56,632 nt of DNA from Chiloscyllium plagiosum (taxonomy: Eukaryota), in contig NC_057718.1 of assembly GCF_004010195.1 (NCBI RefSeq), forward strand, positions 4,028,856 through 4,085,487. The letters run 5' to 3'. Positions 1-12,087 of the stretch are shown one piece after another. Made by a program: the position numbers and the translations under genes. Positions within the stretch are counted from its first letter, which is position 1. Every line of letters begins with the position of its first letter. The notes beneath the pieces were generated by a model, which was not told the DNA's origin, did no database searches, and saw nothing but the letters and a program-made list of their open reading frames with translations.

Positions 1-271
1 CCCTCCCACGCTGTGTGTGTGTGTCCCTCCCTCGCTGTGTGTGTGTGTGTCCCTCCCACCCCAGTCTGACCTATCACCCTCACCTTGACCTCTTTCCACC
101 TATCACATTTCCGACGCCCCTCCCCCAAGTCCCTCCTCCCTACCTTTTATCTTAGCCTGCTGGACAAACTTTCCTCATTCCTGAAGAAGGGCTTATGCCC
201 GAAACGTCGATTGTCCTGTTCCCTGGATGCTGCCTGACCTGCTGCGCTTTTCCAGCAACACATTTTCAGCT
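1..271 (+). mobile_element. 3' terminal part of a Penelope-like element, preceded by short (TG)n tracts
   Basis: ttcctgaagaagggcttatgcccgaaacgtcga..ggatgctgcctgacctgctg..ttccagca matches the termini of the element at 7004-9793. Confidence 0.6.
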
Positions 272-483
272 CAGATGGCAGCTACCTCTGGGGTCTTTGT
301 CCAGTTACCCCGTCTTTTATATCTGTGATGGCATCTCAATATTTCTCACCTGTTCCCTGGATGCTGCCTGACCTGCTGCGCTTTTCCAGCAACACATTTT
401 CAGCTCAGATGGCAGCTACCTCTGGGGTCTTTGTCCAGTTACCCCGTCTTTTATATCTGTGATGGCATCTCAATATTTCTCAC
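215..483. repeat. Exact 134-bp tandem duplication
   Basis: 215-348 is repeated starting at 349 (cctgttccctggatgctgcc...atatttctcac). Confidence 0.9.
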
Positions 484-589
484 AATAGGATTGGTCCTAC
501 GCTGTCAAAGCCATCACATTTAAATTTAACAGAATTTTTGTACCTAAGCGACTGGTTCAAATTGATTGGCTAAATTAATACATTAAGGA

Positions 590-1632
590 CAAAAGGGTAA
601 CTAGGGAGAGAATATGGCCTTCAAAGATCAGCAAGGCAGACTATGTGTGGAGCCACAGGAGATGAGGTAGATACTAAATGAGTATTTTACATCAGTGTTT
701 ACTGTAGAGAAGGACATGGAAGATATAAAATGTAGGGAAATAGATGGTGACATCTTGAAAAAATGCCCATATTACAGAGGAGAGGTGCTGGATGTCTTGA
801 AATGTATAATAATGGACAAATCCCCAGAACTAATCAGATGTACCCTAGAACTCTTTGCGAAGCCAAAGACGTGATTGTAGGGCGCCCTGTTGAGTTATTT
901 GTATCATCGACAGTCGCAGGTGAGGTCAGGTGCAGGTGAGGTCAGGTGCCAGAAGACTGAAGGTTGGCTATCATGGTACCACTATTTAAGAAAGGTGGTA
1001 AGGAAAAGCCAGGGAACAAGGAAAGGTCAGAGCATTGAGTACAGGAGGTCATGTTGCAACTCTACAGCATGTTGGTTAGGGCACTTTAGGAATATTGCAT
1101 GCAATTCTGCTCTCCTTCCTATCGGAAGGATGTTGTGAAACTTGAAAGGGTTCAGAAAATATTTACAAGGATGTTGCCAGGATTGGAAGGTTTGAGCTAC
1201 AACTAAATAGGCTGGGGCTGTTTTCCCTAGAGCATCAGAGGCTGAGTGGTGACTTTATACAGGTTTATAAAATCATGAGGGGCATGGATAGGGTAAATAG
1301 ACAAAATCTTTTCTCTGGGGTGGGGGAATCCAGCACAAGAGGACATAGTTTTAAGGTGAGAGGGGAAAAATATAAAAGGGACCTAAGGGACAAGTTTTTC
1401 ATGCAAAGGGTGGTGTGTGTATGTAATGAGCTGCCAGGGGAAGAGGTGGAGGCTAATACAATTGAACATTTAAAGGCTTCTGGATGGATATATGAATAGG
1501 AAGGCTTCAAAGGGATATGGGCCAAGTGCTGGCAAATGAGGCTAGATTAGGTTAGGATGTCTGGTCGGCATGGATGAGTTGGACCGAAGGGTCTGTTTCT
1601 GTGCTGTACATCTCTCTGACTCTATGACTCTA
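590..1632 (+). mobile_element. CR1 LINE fragment (decayed, internally deleted, with 3' tail)
   Basis: CR1 ORF2 C-terminal remnant (TRGHSFKVRG..FFMQRVV) and a ctctgactctatgactct tail. Confidence 0.8.
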
Positions 1633-1969
1633 AAAGCCTATTGTCTTGGTAAAAGCTGCTGCTTGGTCTGCTAACTGTACGGCCGTCTGATACAAAGGTT
1701 TCAATTCAGGTGCTCTCTGGGCACTTGCAAACATTCAAGCTGCTGCTCACAGACATCCATTTTAAATCTCTAAGCAGAGAAAAAGCACATGATCTTTTAA
1801 AAGAACCATGCAATGCTTTCCCCACCCCCAGCACTTTACAAACACCAAATTCAAACTTCCTGCCTCCTAATCAAGAAGTAATCCACCCAACTTTGCAACA
1901 AAAATGTCATAAACAGCAGAGCGTTCCACGGATCCCTTTGGAACACCAGTAGTCATGAATGACTAACAT

Positions 1970-2372
1970 AAAAAAAACTCTTCCACCATTACTTTCTGCC
2001 TTTGATGCACAAACCAATTCTGAATTCATATAGCACCGTTACTGTGGATCCCATGCAACCTCATCTTCTGGATGAGCCATCCATGAGGGACCTTGTCAAA
2101 AGCCTTACTAAAATCCAACTAAAACAACATCAACTGCTCTGTCCTCAGCGATTATATTTGTCACCTCCTCAAAACAGTCAATCAAGATAGTAAGACATGA
2201 CCTTCCCTGCACAAAGCCATGCTGACTGTCCCTAATTAGGCTATGTTTTTCTGAATGTGCTTAAATCCTATCCCTAAGAATTATCTCCAATAGTTTTCCA
2301 GTCACCGATGTGAGACTCTCTGGTCTACAGTTTCCTGCATTATCCCTATTTCCCTTCTTGAACAAAGGAACA
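1970..2372 (-). mobile_element. CR1 LINE RT fragment
   Basis: Reverse complement resembles the PLFKKG / [12 protein letters not shown] / [11 protein letters not shown] region. Confidence 0.7.
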
Positions 2373-2380
2373 TGATTTTG

Positions 2381-2470
2381 ATATTACTGGGCACTCAGAC
2401 CCTCGCAAACCCTGAGATTACTGGGCACTCAGACCATCCCAGATCCTGAGATTACTGGGCACTCAGACAG
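2381..2470. repeat. Short tandem repeat, 3 x ~33 bp (gattactgggcactcagac...)
   Basis: The core attactgggcactcagac is seen three times. Confidence 0.75.
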
Positions 2471-4278
2471 TGCAGCAGCTCAGCATGGAGGTGGAAAGTG
2501 AAGGAGGCAGTGCAGTCTCTCACTGGGATTATTTGGAGCACACTGCCCTCTGCTGCTCCCTCTAGCATTGTGCAGAACAACAGCAGGGACATTGTGGGAA
2601 CAGCTCGAATTGCGAATTCCCTCCAAGTCCCAGTCCATCCTGATTTGGAATCTCAGCCTTTCCTTCCTCAGCACTGGCTCTGGTTATTGGAATTCCCCAG
2701 TTAACAGCCAACACTGGGTCAATGGAGGCAGACCTGAGCTTGACCAGGATGAGGCAAGTCATGCCTTAAAGACATTTGTCACATTGTTGGGAAAAATAAT
2801 GATTGACAGTTTGATCATTAAAGTTGGAACGTCCCCAGAATGTTGCTTGGGTCTCTGGTTTAATTGTCTCGTAATAATCCCACTCAGACATTGCCTGCCC
2901 CTCAGCGTGAATGATAATTTTAATCTTGCCAGGTTGTGCAGTTTGGGTTGGTTTTGTTTTGCCAGTTTTTTTCTGAATTGATGCCTCATTCCTCCGAAAC
3001 AGGAATGTAGGAGCAGGATTGGACCAGTCAGCCCCTCTAGCCTGCTATCCCATACAGTAAGGTGGCAGCTGATTGGATTGCGATATCTATCCACTTTCCT
3101 GTCTGACCCTTGACCCCTTGACTCCCGCACCTCCTGAAACCTCCAGCAGCCAATGGACAGAGTGGGGTCGTGAAATGACAATCGAGTGTGATGGTGAGGG
3201 TCAATGTGGCAGCAGGATACTGGAGTTAGACAGCCATCTGACTGGAATCTCTCTCCAGATGTACCTGAGTAAAAGCTGGCTCTGTCCTGGATCAGCCTGT
3301 GCCTGTTCACTTCATATCACCGACAGCATCCTGGCTCCCTCTCAGACAGGGTTTGCTGGATTTGTGAGGTCTGTTTCCCTTTCTTTACTTCCAGCATTTT
3401 TATGGGTGATGGAGGAACAGGATGGCCAGCGACCATTCCTTCTTTGTCCCATCTTATCCCTGCTATCCCATCTTTGGTCTTTCCATTTCTTACCCTTAAT
3501 GTCCCTCACCCTCTCCATTTTCCTTCCCTCCATGTACTTCCACGCTCCCTTCAAGCTTCTCCCTCTCCTACCTGTTTCCCAAACTTCATTTGTCTCTCTG
3601 TGCCCCTCACCCTCCCATTATTTCCTGCCCTCTCTGTGGTGGCCATTCCGCACACAGCCATCACCATAAAAGTTTTCCACAGAAGCACTGTCCAGCTATA
3701 GCTTTAATGGCTGACCATCCCGTTGGTCTAAATGAATGGGGGAACAATCTCATTTCAGACTCTCACAAAGTATTCCCCTCACCCTGGCCCCTCCCCCTCC
3801 CTTCCCCAACCAGCTCCCTCTTCAACGTTGCTTTTCCAGAACTTTCAATTGGCCTAAAAACCCAGAACCACATGCTGAGCCTGATTGATGAAGTCACAAG
3901 ATCACCTGGGATCAATCCTTGGGATCTGATTGGGATGTGGGAGAATGTGGAACACTGTATTGGGTCAGTACACATATGGGTGAAGCAGCTCACTGGCTTC
4001 ACTGTGAGCCTCAGGTATGTTGGAGCTGGCCGTGGGATTGGGGACTTCAAGGGTCAGTGGTTCCAGGGTGTGGGGGTGATTAGGGGTCAGAGGAGGGGGT
4101 GTTGAGGAATAAAGAGGAGCTTCAGCATTACAGAGTAACTTCACAATCTGCTGCCTCTAAGCACAGGAGTCTGCGAGTGATGTCTGAAACCAGCTTTTTG
4201 TGCCCAAAGCTGTCACAGTCTGGATCAGTGTCCTCCTTACCCAGTGTGGAAGGCAATGCACATCCAGACTGAAATGTG

Positions 4279-4389
4279 CACGGGGAGAATGTGTAAACTC
4301 CACACAGGCAGTCACCCGAGGTTGGGATCGGACCTGGGACCCTGGTGCTATGAGGCAGCAGTGCTAACCACTGAGCCACCGTGCCGCCC
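4279..4389 (-). mobile_element. tRNA-derived SINE head (shark HE1-like)
   Basis: Reverse complement reads ggcggcacggtggctcagtggttagcactgctgcctca.. with A/B-box-like motifs. The same head recurs elsewhere in the window. Confidence 0.75.
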
Positions 4390-4719
4390 CAAGATTTCAA
4401 CTGAGCATCACTAAGCCTCAGGTAAGGAGACAGTCTTTCATGATAACCTCAGCTGGTGGGGAATTGAACCCATGCTGTTGGTATCACTTTGCATATCAAA
4501 CCAGCCATCCTGCCAACTGAGCTCACCAACTCGTGGAGTAATCAGTTGTACAGGAGGCACCACTAGAAAGTCTGAACAAGAAGAGGTATTTCCAAGGGGT
4601 GGGCGCATGCCATTGTCTCATTGGCAGAGACCTGCTCAACTCGGGAAGATGGGCAAGGGTCAAAATTTCAAGATTCCTAATTTGTACAAGGTCCATGTCA
4701 GGGCTTAATGGGTAATTAA

Positions 4720-5000
4720 TCCTCTACCTGTGTTAATATTCTACTCCAATACCATGTGCTCCTCTCTTGCGCAAACACCTTTTCTTGTGGTACCCTATTG
4801 AATGCTTCTGACAGTCCAAAAACACTACATCTACCAGTTCCCCTTTATCATCACTGCTTGTTATATCCTCAAACAACTCCAGTACATTTTTTAAAATTGA
4901 TTCACCTTTCACAAAATCATGATGAATCTGTTTGGTGACATTAAGATTTTTGAAATATCCAGTGATTTCTTCCTTAATTATAGACTCTAACATTTTCTCA
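4720..5000 (-). mobile_element. Old CR1 LINE RT fragment
   Basis: ORF 4733-4993: LESIIKEEIT..HDFVKG..LELFEDITS..VDVVFLD. Confidence 0.7.
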
Positions 5001-7003
5001 AACTCAGCTGTAGGGGTATGTATGGCAGATTTCCAATCCCAAAGTAAAGTAGGGGTTTAGATGAATTTTTATGACAATGCAGCAGTTTTAGGATCATTAT
5101 TAACAAGATTTTTTTCCACAAGTCGAACACAATGGGTTTTAGATGCCCACAGTAAAATCTGATCTGTGCCTCTGGGTGATTAGTACAGAGACATAGTCAG
5201 GATGCCAAATTAAAACAAAGAATTCAGATGCTAGAGACCTGACACAATAACAGAAAGTGCTGGAGAAACTCAGCAGGTCTGGCAGCATCTATACAGTGAG
5301 AAACAAAAGTTTCATATTCAGTGACATTCTTTAGAACTGGATACACGGGATGTAGGCTAGCATTTATTGCCTGTCCCTAATTGCCCTTTAAGAAGGTGGT
5401 GGGCTTCCTACCTGTTGCCCTTGGGCTGTAGGTTGACTTCAATGAGATTAGGGAGGGAATTCCAGGATTTTCACCCAGCCACACAGAAGGAACAGTGAGG
5501 ATGGTGAGTGACTTGGAGGGAAGCTTGTAGGTGGTGGTGTTCCCAAATATCTACTGCCCTTGTCCTTGCAGATGAAAATAGTAATGGAGTTGGAGATGAT
5601 CACATGATCACGTTGAACAGCAGCAAAGGCTTGAGGGGCTGAATGGCCTTCTCCAACTACAACGACAACATGAGCACAGCTCGAGGGTAAGAGTTAGGAA
5701 ACAATCTGTTTTATGGCTCATCCCCTTTCAGTACTCTGGATTGAAGAGCGTTTGTAAAATTAACTCCCTGTAAAAAGGTACATTTGAAATAATTGGATGT
5801 TACAAATGGTTAAGGGTGCACAGTAAGTTACAGATGCACTCAGATAAAAAGTGGTGAAGATGCTAATTCAAGGGGTCACTGACATTGTTTCCCCAAAGCC
5901 AGACCAAGAACACCTTTAGCTTCGTGTTCAGTCGGAGGAGAGGCTGGTTCAGGGTCACTGAGCAACCTTCCCTTTGACCTAGGTTTTTAAATCTGTCCTT
6001 GAGAGTGTTGATGTTGGTCTGATCAAACCTGCCTCATTGCAGTTTAATAAATTACACACAGAGTTTGGAGACAGTTTGAAATAAAGTGAATCCAAAGTAT
6101 TTGTTATGTGGAAATCAGAGAGATTCATATCCCACCTGAACATTGATAATTAAGAAAAAATACAATTGTTATTTTCAATGAAAAGCACAAACAAGGGTCC
6201 AGATGTTATACAGTTACATACATAGGACAATTTACACAGTGCATTTGCAGAGGTTGTGAAGAACCATTGTGGTGTTGGCCACGTGATCTACAACACAAAT
6301 TCTTTTGAAATTGTTTCTGGTTTTCTCTTTTTTTCATTGCAATGAGGAAATACTCCCTCTTTGCAATATCTCTCAATGCTACTTGCAAGCCGGCTTAAGC
6401 AAGCTTTTAACCAACTGAAACTCCTAATTCAAGAAAACCAGCTCTCATCTTCCTTCCAGTTAATCTTCAAATTAATCCAGTGAATTTGAAGGACATTTCT
6501 GCTGTCCATCAATAGCCGGGCCTGACCTAAGATCACCCTATGTCATTTGAACTTTTACCTTCTCTTTCTGCAAGGATTGCTAAGAGCATGCAAAGCACAG
6601 CAGGAGCAGACCATTCTGCTCATCAAATCTGCTCCTCTCACTCCAATACAATGACGTCTGATCTTCTGCCTCATCTCTATTTTCCTACCTGATCCCACAG
6701 ATGGTGGAAAAGTGGTAACGTGATTAAATTAACAATCGAGGGGCCCAGTCTCATGTTCTGGGTCACTCGTTCAAACCCCACTGTGCGATGTAGCACTGTT
6801 TACATTCAGTTAGTCAAGTCTGGAATTGAAAGTGTCTCAATGATGGAGACCATGAGAATTGTCACCTACTGTTGTAAGAGCCCCTCTGGGATTCACTGAT
6901 GCCCTTCAGGGAAGGACATCTGTCATCTTTACCTGCTCCAGCTGACAAGTGACTTCAGAAGCTCAACGTGACTGTTTCACACCTGCCCCTTTGTCATGAC
7001 ATG

Positions 7004-9793
7004 AGTTGAAAAGAGTGGTGCTGGAAAAGCACAGCAAGTCAGGCAGCATCTAAGGAGCAGGACAGATGACCTATCGAGCATGAGCTTTTCATCAGGAATG
7101 AGGGTGTGGCCAAAGGGAGCTGACAGATAAATGGGAGGGGTGGGGCTGGAGTAGAAGGAAACTGGGAAGGCGATAGGTCAATGAAGGTGGGGGGTGACAG
7201 TGATAGGTCAGAGAGGAGGGTGGAGTGGATAGGTGAGAAAGAAGATGGACAGGTAGGGCAGTCCAAAAAGGAGGTGCCATGTTTGGGGGGTTGGATCTGG
7301 GATAAGGTTGGGGGGGAAGGGAAATGAAGAAACTGGTGAAATCGACATTGATGCCATGTGGTTGCAGGTTCCCAAGGTGGAAGATGAGGCATTCTTCCTC
7401 CAGGCATCAGGTGGCTCGGGTTTGGCAGTGGAGGAGGCCCAGGACTTGCATGTCCTTGGCAGAGTGGGAGGGGGAGTTGAAGTGTTCGGCCACAGGGTGG
7501 TGTTTTTTTTTAATGGTTGTGTCACAAAGATGTTCTCTGAAATGTTCCGCAAGTAGGCATTCTCTCTCCCCAGTGCAGAGGAGACCACACCCAGAGCAAC
7601 AGACACAGTAGATGACGTGTGTAAGTGCAGGTAAATCTCTGACGGATGTGGAAGGATCCTTTGGGGCCTTGGACGGTGGTGAGTAGGGAGGTGTGGGTGC
7701 AAGTTTTACACTTCATGTGGTGGCAAGGGAAGGTTCTGGGAGTGGAGTGTGGAATGGTAGGGGCTGTGGACCTAACAAGGGGGTCACGGAGGAAATGGTC
7801 TCTCTGAAAGACAGACAGGGCTGGAGAGGGAAATATATCCCTGGTGGTGAGGGCTGTTTGTAGATGGCAGAAATGGTGGAGGATGATGCCTTGTATCCAG
7901 AGGTTGGTGGGTTGAAGGTGAGGATTGGGAGTGGGGGGTCTGTCCTTGCTGTGCTTGGAGTAGTGGGGTTCAAGGGTGGAAGTGCAGGAGATACACTGGA
8001 GGACATTGTTGACCACTGGGAGGGGAAATTGTGGTCCTTGAAGAAGGAGGGCATTTGGGATGGTCTGTGTGGTGGAATTGGTCCTCCTGGGAGCAGATGC
8101 AGCAGAGGCAGAGGAATTGGGAGTAAGAGGCAGCATTTTTACAGGAGGCAGAGTGGGAGGAGGTGTAATCCAGGTAGCTGTGCAAGTCAGTGGGTTTTAA
8201 GTAGATGTCCCCGGTGAGTCTGTTGCCAGAAATGGAAATGGACAGGTCCAGGAAGGGGAGGGAGGTGTCTGAGATGATCCAGGTGAATTTGAGCTCAGGG
8301 CGGAAGGTATTTGTGAAATTGATGAACCATTCAATCTCCTTGCAGAAGCATGAGGTGGGCTGATACAGTCATCGATGTAGCAGAGGAAAAGGTGGGGAAT
8401 GGTGCTGGTGTTGCTGCATAAGATAGACTGTTCCACGTACCCAACAAAGAGGCAGTTATAGCCGATGGCCATGCGGGTCCCCATGGTTTGGAGGAAGTGG
8501 GAGGATTGGAAGGAGAAATTGAGTGAGCACCAGTTCAGCCAATCAGATGAGTTTGTCAGTGGAAGCATACTGGTTGGGTTGGTGGAAAGGAAGTAACGGA
8601 GGGTCTTGGAGACCTTTGTCATGTCAGATGGATGTATACCGGGACTGAATGTCCATGGTGGAGATAAGGTGTTGGGGTCCAGGGAAACTACAGTCATGGA
8701 GGAGGTGGACGGCGTGGGTGGTGACCTGAATGTATGTGTGGAGCACCTGAACAAAGAAGGACATGATGGTATGTAGAGTTTGGTGGGGCAGGAGCAACTG
8801 AGACAATGGGTAGGCTGGCGCAGTCAGGATTGTGGATTTTGGGTGGAAGGTAGAATCGGGTGGTGTGGCATTCCCAGACAATGAGTTTGGAGCCTGTGGA
8901 TGCTATATCCCTTGAAGTGGTGAGGTTGTGGATGGTCTGCGAGATAATAGTTTGGTGGTGTGATGTGAGGTTGTGCTCAGGGAGCAGTAAGAGTAAGTGT
9001 ATACGAATTGGCACCTGACTTCTGCGGTGTACAGGTCAGTGTGCCAAACTCCCACTGCGCCCCCCACTTTGTCCGCTGGTTTGATGGTGAGGTTGTGGTT
9101 GGAATGGAGGGAGTGGAGGGCTGCGTGTTGCAAGGGTGAGAGGTCATCTACTGTGTACGTTACTCTGGGTGTGATCTCCTCTACACTGGGGAGACAGGAT
9201 GCCTACTTGTGGAATGCTTCAGAGAATATCTCTGGGACACATTCACTAAAAAAACCCCACTAGCCTATGGCTGAACACTTTAACTCTCCCTCCCACTCCA
9301 CCAAGGATATGCAAGTCCTGGGTGTCCTCCACTGCCAAACTCTAGCCACCTGACGCCTGGAGGAAGAACGCCACATCTTCTGCCTTGGAACCCTCTAACC
9401 ACATGGGATCAATGTCAATTTCATCAGTTTCTTCATTTCTCCTCTCCCCACCTCACCCTAGTCCAAGGCTTCCAACTTGGCACCATCCTCTTGACCTGTC
9501 CTAGCTGCCCATCTTCCTTCCCATCTATCCGTTCCATCCTCCTTTCCAAACTATCACCACCTCCATCCAGCTATTGTATTCCCAGCTATCTTCCCCCAGC
9601 CCCAGCCCCACCCCCACCCCCACTTCCATTTATCTCTCAGCCTCCTTGGGTCACCCCCTCATTCCTGATGAAAAGTTTATGCTCAAAACATCGAATTTCC
9701 TGCTCCTCGGATGCTGCCTGACCAGTTGTGCATTTCCAGCATCACACGTTTTGACTCTGATCTCCAGATTCTGCAATCCTCACTTTCTCCTCC
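7004..9793 (-). mobile_element. Penelope-like retroelement (decayed RT + GIY-YIG remnants) with an inverted copy of its 3' region; 11-bp TSD
   Basis: Minus-strand remnants LTIKPADKVGGAV, TMGTRMA..LFVGYVEQ..YIDDC and CKTC. Segment ~9145-9790 is an inverted copy of ~7004-7615. gtcatgacatg occurs at 6993-7003 and 9794-9804. Confidence 0.8.
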
Positions 9794-10050
9794 GTCATGA
9801 CATGGCATGTTACTCATTTCAAGGAGAGTTAGGGATGAGCAACAAATGCTGACCTTGCCAGGGATGTCCACATCGCCTGAAAATATAACAATTTTAGAAA
9901 CCTTAACTTCCTGAGAAACTAAAAATCTGTATCTAGAATATGCTCAAGATCTGAGCACTTACAGATCTCTGGGGTCCAGAATTTGAAAGATTTGCTGTCG
10001 GTCAGGAAGTGTCTCCACATCTCTATCCAAAATAATCAACCCCTTATTCA

Positions 10051-11209
10051 GAGAATAGAACAGAGAACATAGAACATAGAACAATACAGCACAGAACAGG
10101 CCCTTCGGCCCACGATGTTGTGCCGAACCTCTAACCTAGATTAAGTACCCATCCATGTACCTATCCAAATGCCGCTTAAAGGTCGCCAATGATTCCGACT
10201 CTACCACTCTCTGGGTAAAGAACCCACTCCTGACATCTCCCCTATACCTTCCACCCTTCACCTTAAATTTATGTCCCCTTGTAACACTCTGTTGTACCCG
10301 GGGAAAAGGTTTCTGACTGTCTACTCTATCTATGCCTCTGATCATCTTATAAACCTCTATCAAGTCACCCCTCATCCTACGCCGTTCCAACGAGAAAAGG
10401 CCGGAAAAGGCCGAGAACTCTCAACCTATCCTCGTATGACTTCCTCTCCATTCCAGGCAACATCCTGGTAAATCTTCTCTGCACCCTCTCCAAAGCTTCC
10501 ACATCTTTCCTAAAGTGAGGCGACCAGAACTGCACACAGTACTCCAACTGTGGCCTAACCAAAGTCCTGTACAGTTGCAACATCACTTCATGACTCTTGA
10601 ATTCAATCCCTCTGCTAATGAACGATGATACTCCATAGGCCTTCTTACAAACTCTATCCACCTGAGTGGCAACCTTCAAAGATCTATGTACATAGACCCC
10701 AAGATCCCTCTGTTCCTCCACCTGACTAAGAACCCTACCATTAACCCTGTATTCCGCATTCTTATTTGTTCTTCCAAAATGGACAACCTCACACTTGGCA
10801 GGGTTGAACTCTATCTGCCACTCCTCAGCCCAGCTCTGCATCATATCTAAGTCTCTTTGCAGCCGACAACAGCCCTCCTCACTATCCACATCTCCACCAA
10901 TCTTCGTATCATCTGCAAATTTACTGACCCACCCTTCGACTCCCTCATCCAAGTCATTAATAAAAATTACTCTACCCTGCACTGCTCTACCCTCATCCAC
11001 ATGCATGGTAACCTCCTCGAAGAATTCAACAAGACTTGTAAGGCAAGACCTCCCCTTCACAAATCCGTGCTGGCTGTCCCTAATCAAGCAGTGTCTTTCC
11101 AGATACTCATAAATCCTATCCCTCAGTACCCTTTCCATTACTTTGCCTACCACAGAAGTAAGACTAACAGGCCTGTAATTCCCGGGGTTATCCCTATTCC
11201 CTTTTTTGA
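10051..11209 (-). mobile_element. Young 5'-truncated CR1 LINE with internal RT deletion
   Basis: ORF 10377-11225: [40 protein letters not shown]. The (ttctatg)n tail is at 10051-10085. Confidence 0.92.
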
Positions 11210-12087
11210 CCTCCATTGAGCTCATTCTTCAACACACCTCAAAAGGTTAAAAGCACCTCACAAACACATGAAAAGAATGATTCCTGCTCTGTCTGAGCAT
11301 TCATTCCATTTCACTCTTCACTAAAATCACCTTCATTATTTTTACTTTGATTTTACACAATTGTTTAGTTATCTGTCCAGCTTTAAACATTTGAATAAAA
11401 ATAAATATGTGCCCCTGACTTCATCCCACCCTGAAGCCAGGAGGGAAAGCAGCCTGTCAGTGTCTATTATGTGATGGAACAGCATTCTTCCACACTCCCA
11501 ACATTACAGACACGTTCTACTCAATCTTATGTCAAAGGCCAACTCTCCTCACTAATCCCTACTCCACCCCCACCCGACCCAACACCCCCACCCCTCACCC
11601 CAGCCCTTGTTTCACCCTCTCTCGGGTAAGCTTGGATATGGAGGCAAACTGTGTAGTCCTCCTTTGGGTATCTAATCTAGTCATATACTCCAGTTTGTTG
11701 AGAGCATTAAAATTACAAGAAATGAAACTAAAATAATGAAGCTGTTTAATAATTGCAGGAAATGTGTAAATGCTTGCATTATGGATTCCTAAAATATACT
11801 ATTTTACAATTTCAGAATAAAAGGTGTGAGTTTCGTGTTCAGCATTGAGACAGGTGAGCGGGTAAAGATTGCAGATCGTAACCACTCACTCCCTCCATTG
11901 AGCTCATTCTTCAACACACCTCAAAAGGTTAAAAGCACCTCACAAACACATGAAAAGAATGATTCCTGCTCTGTCTGAGCATTCATTCCATTTCACTCTT
12001 CACTAAAATCACCTTCATTATTTTTACTTTGATTTTACACAATTGTTTAGTTATCTGTCCAGCTTTAAACATTTGAATAAAAATAAA
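11210..12087. repeat. 196-bp exact direct repeat (11210-11405 = 11892-12087)
   Basis: cctccattgagctcattcttc...ttgaataaaaataaa is present twice, 682 bp apart. Confidence 0.92.

Noticed and set aside
2568-4105. ORFs of 137-198 aa as a second gene
   Set aside because: No recognisable domain, low-complexity pyrimidine-rich or repeat-derived sequence, and no coherent splice chain.
4279-4389. tRNA gene
   Set aside because: It is a tRNA-like head shared by several dispersed copies that continue into SINE body sequence, not a full cloverleaf.
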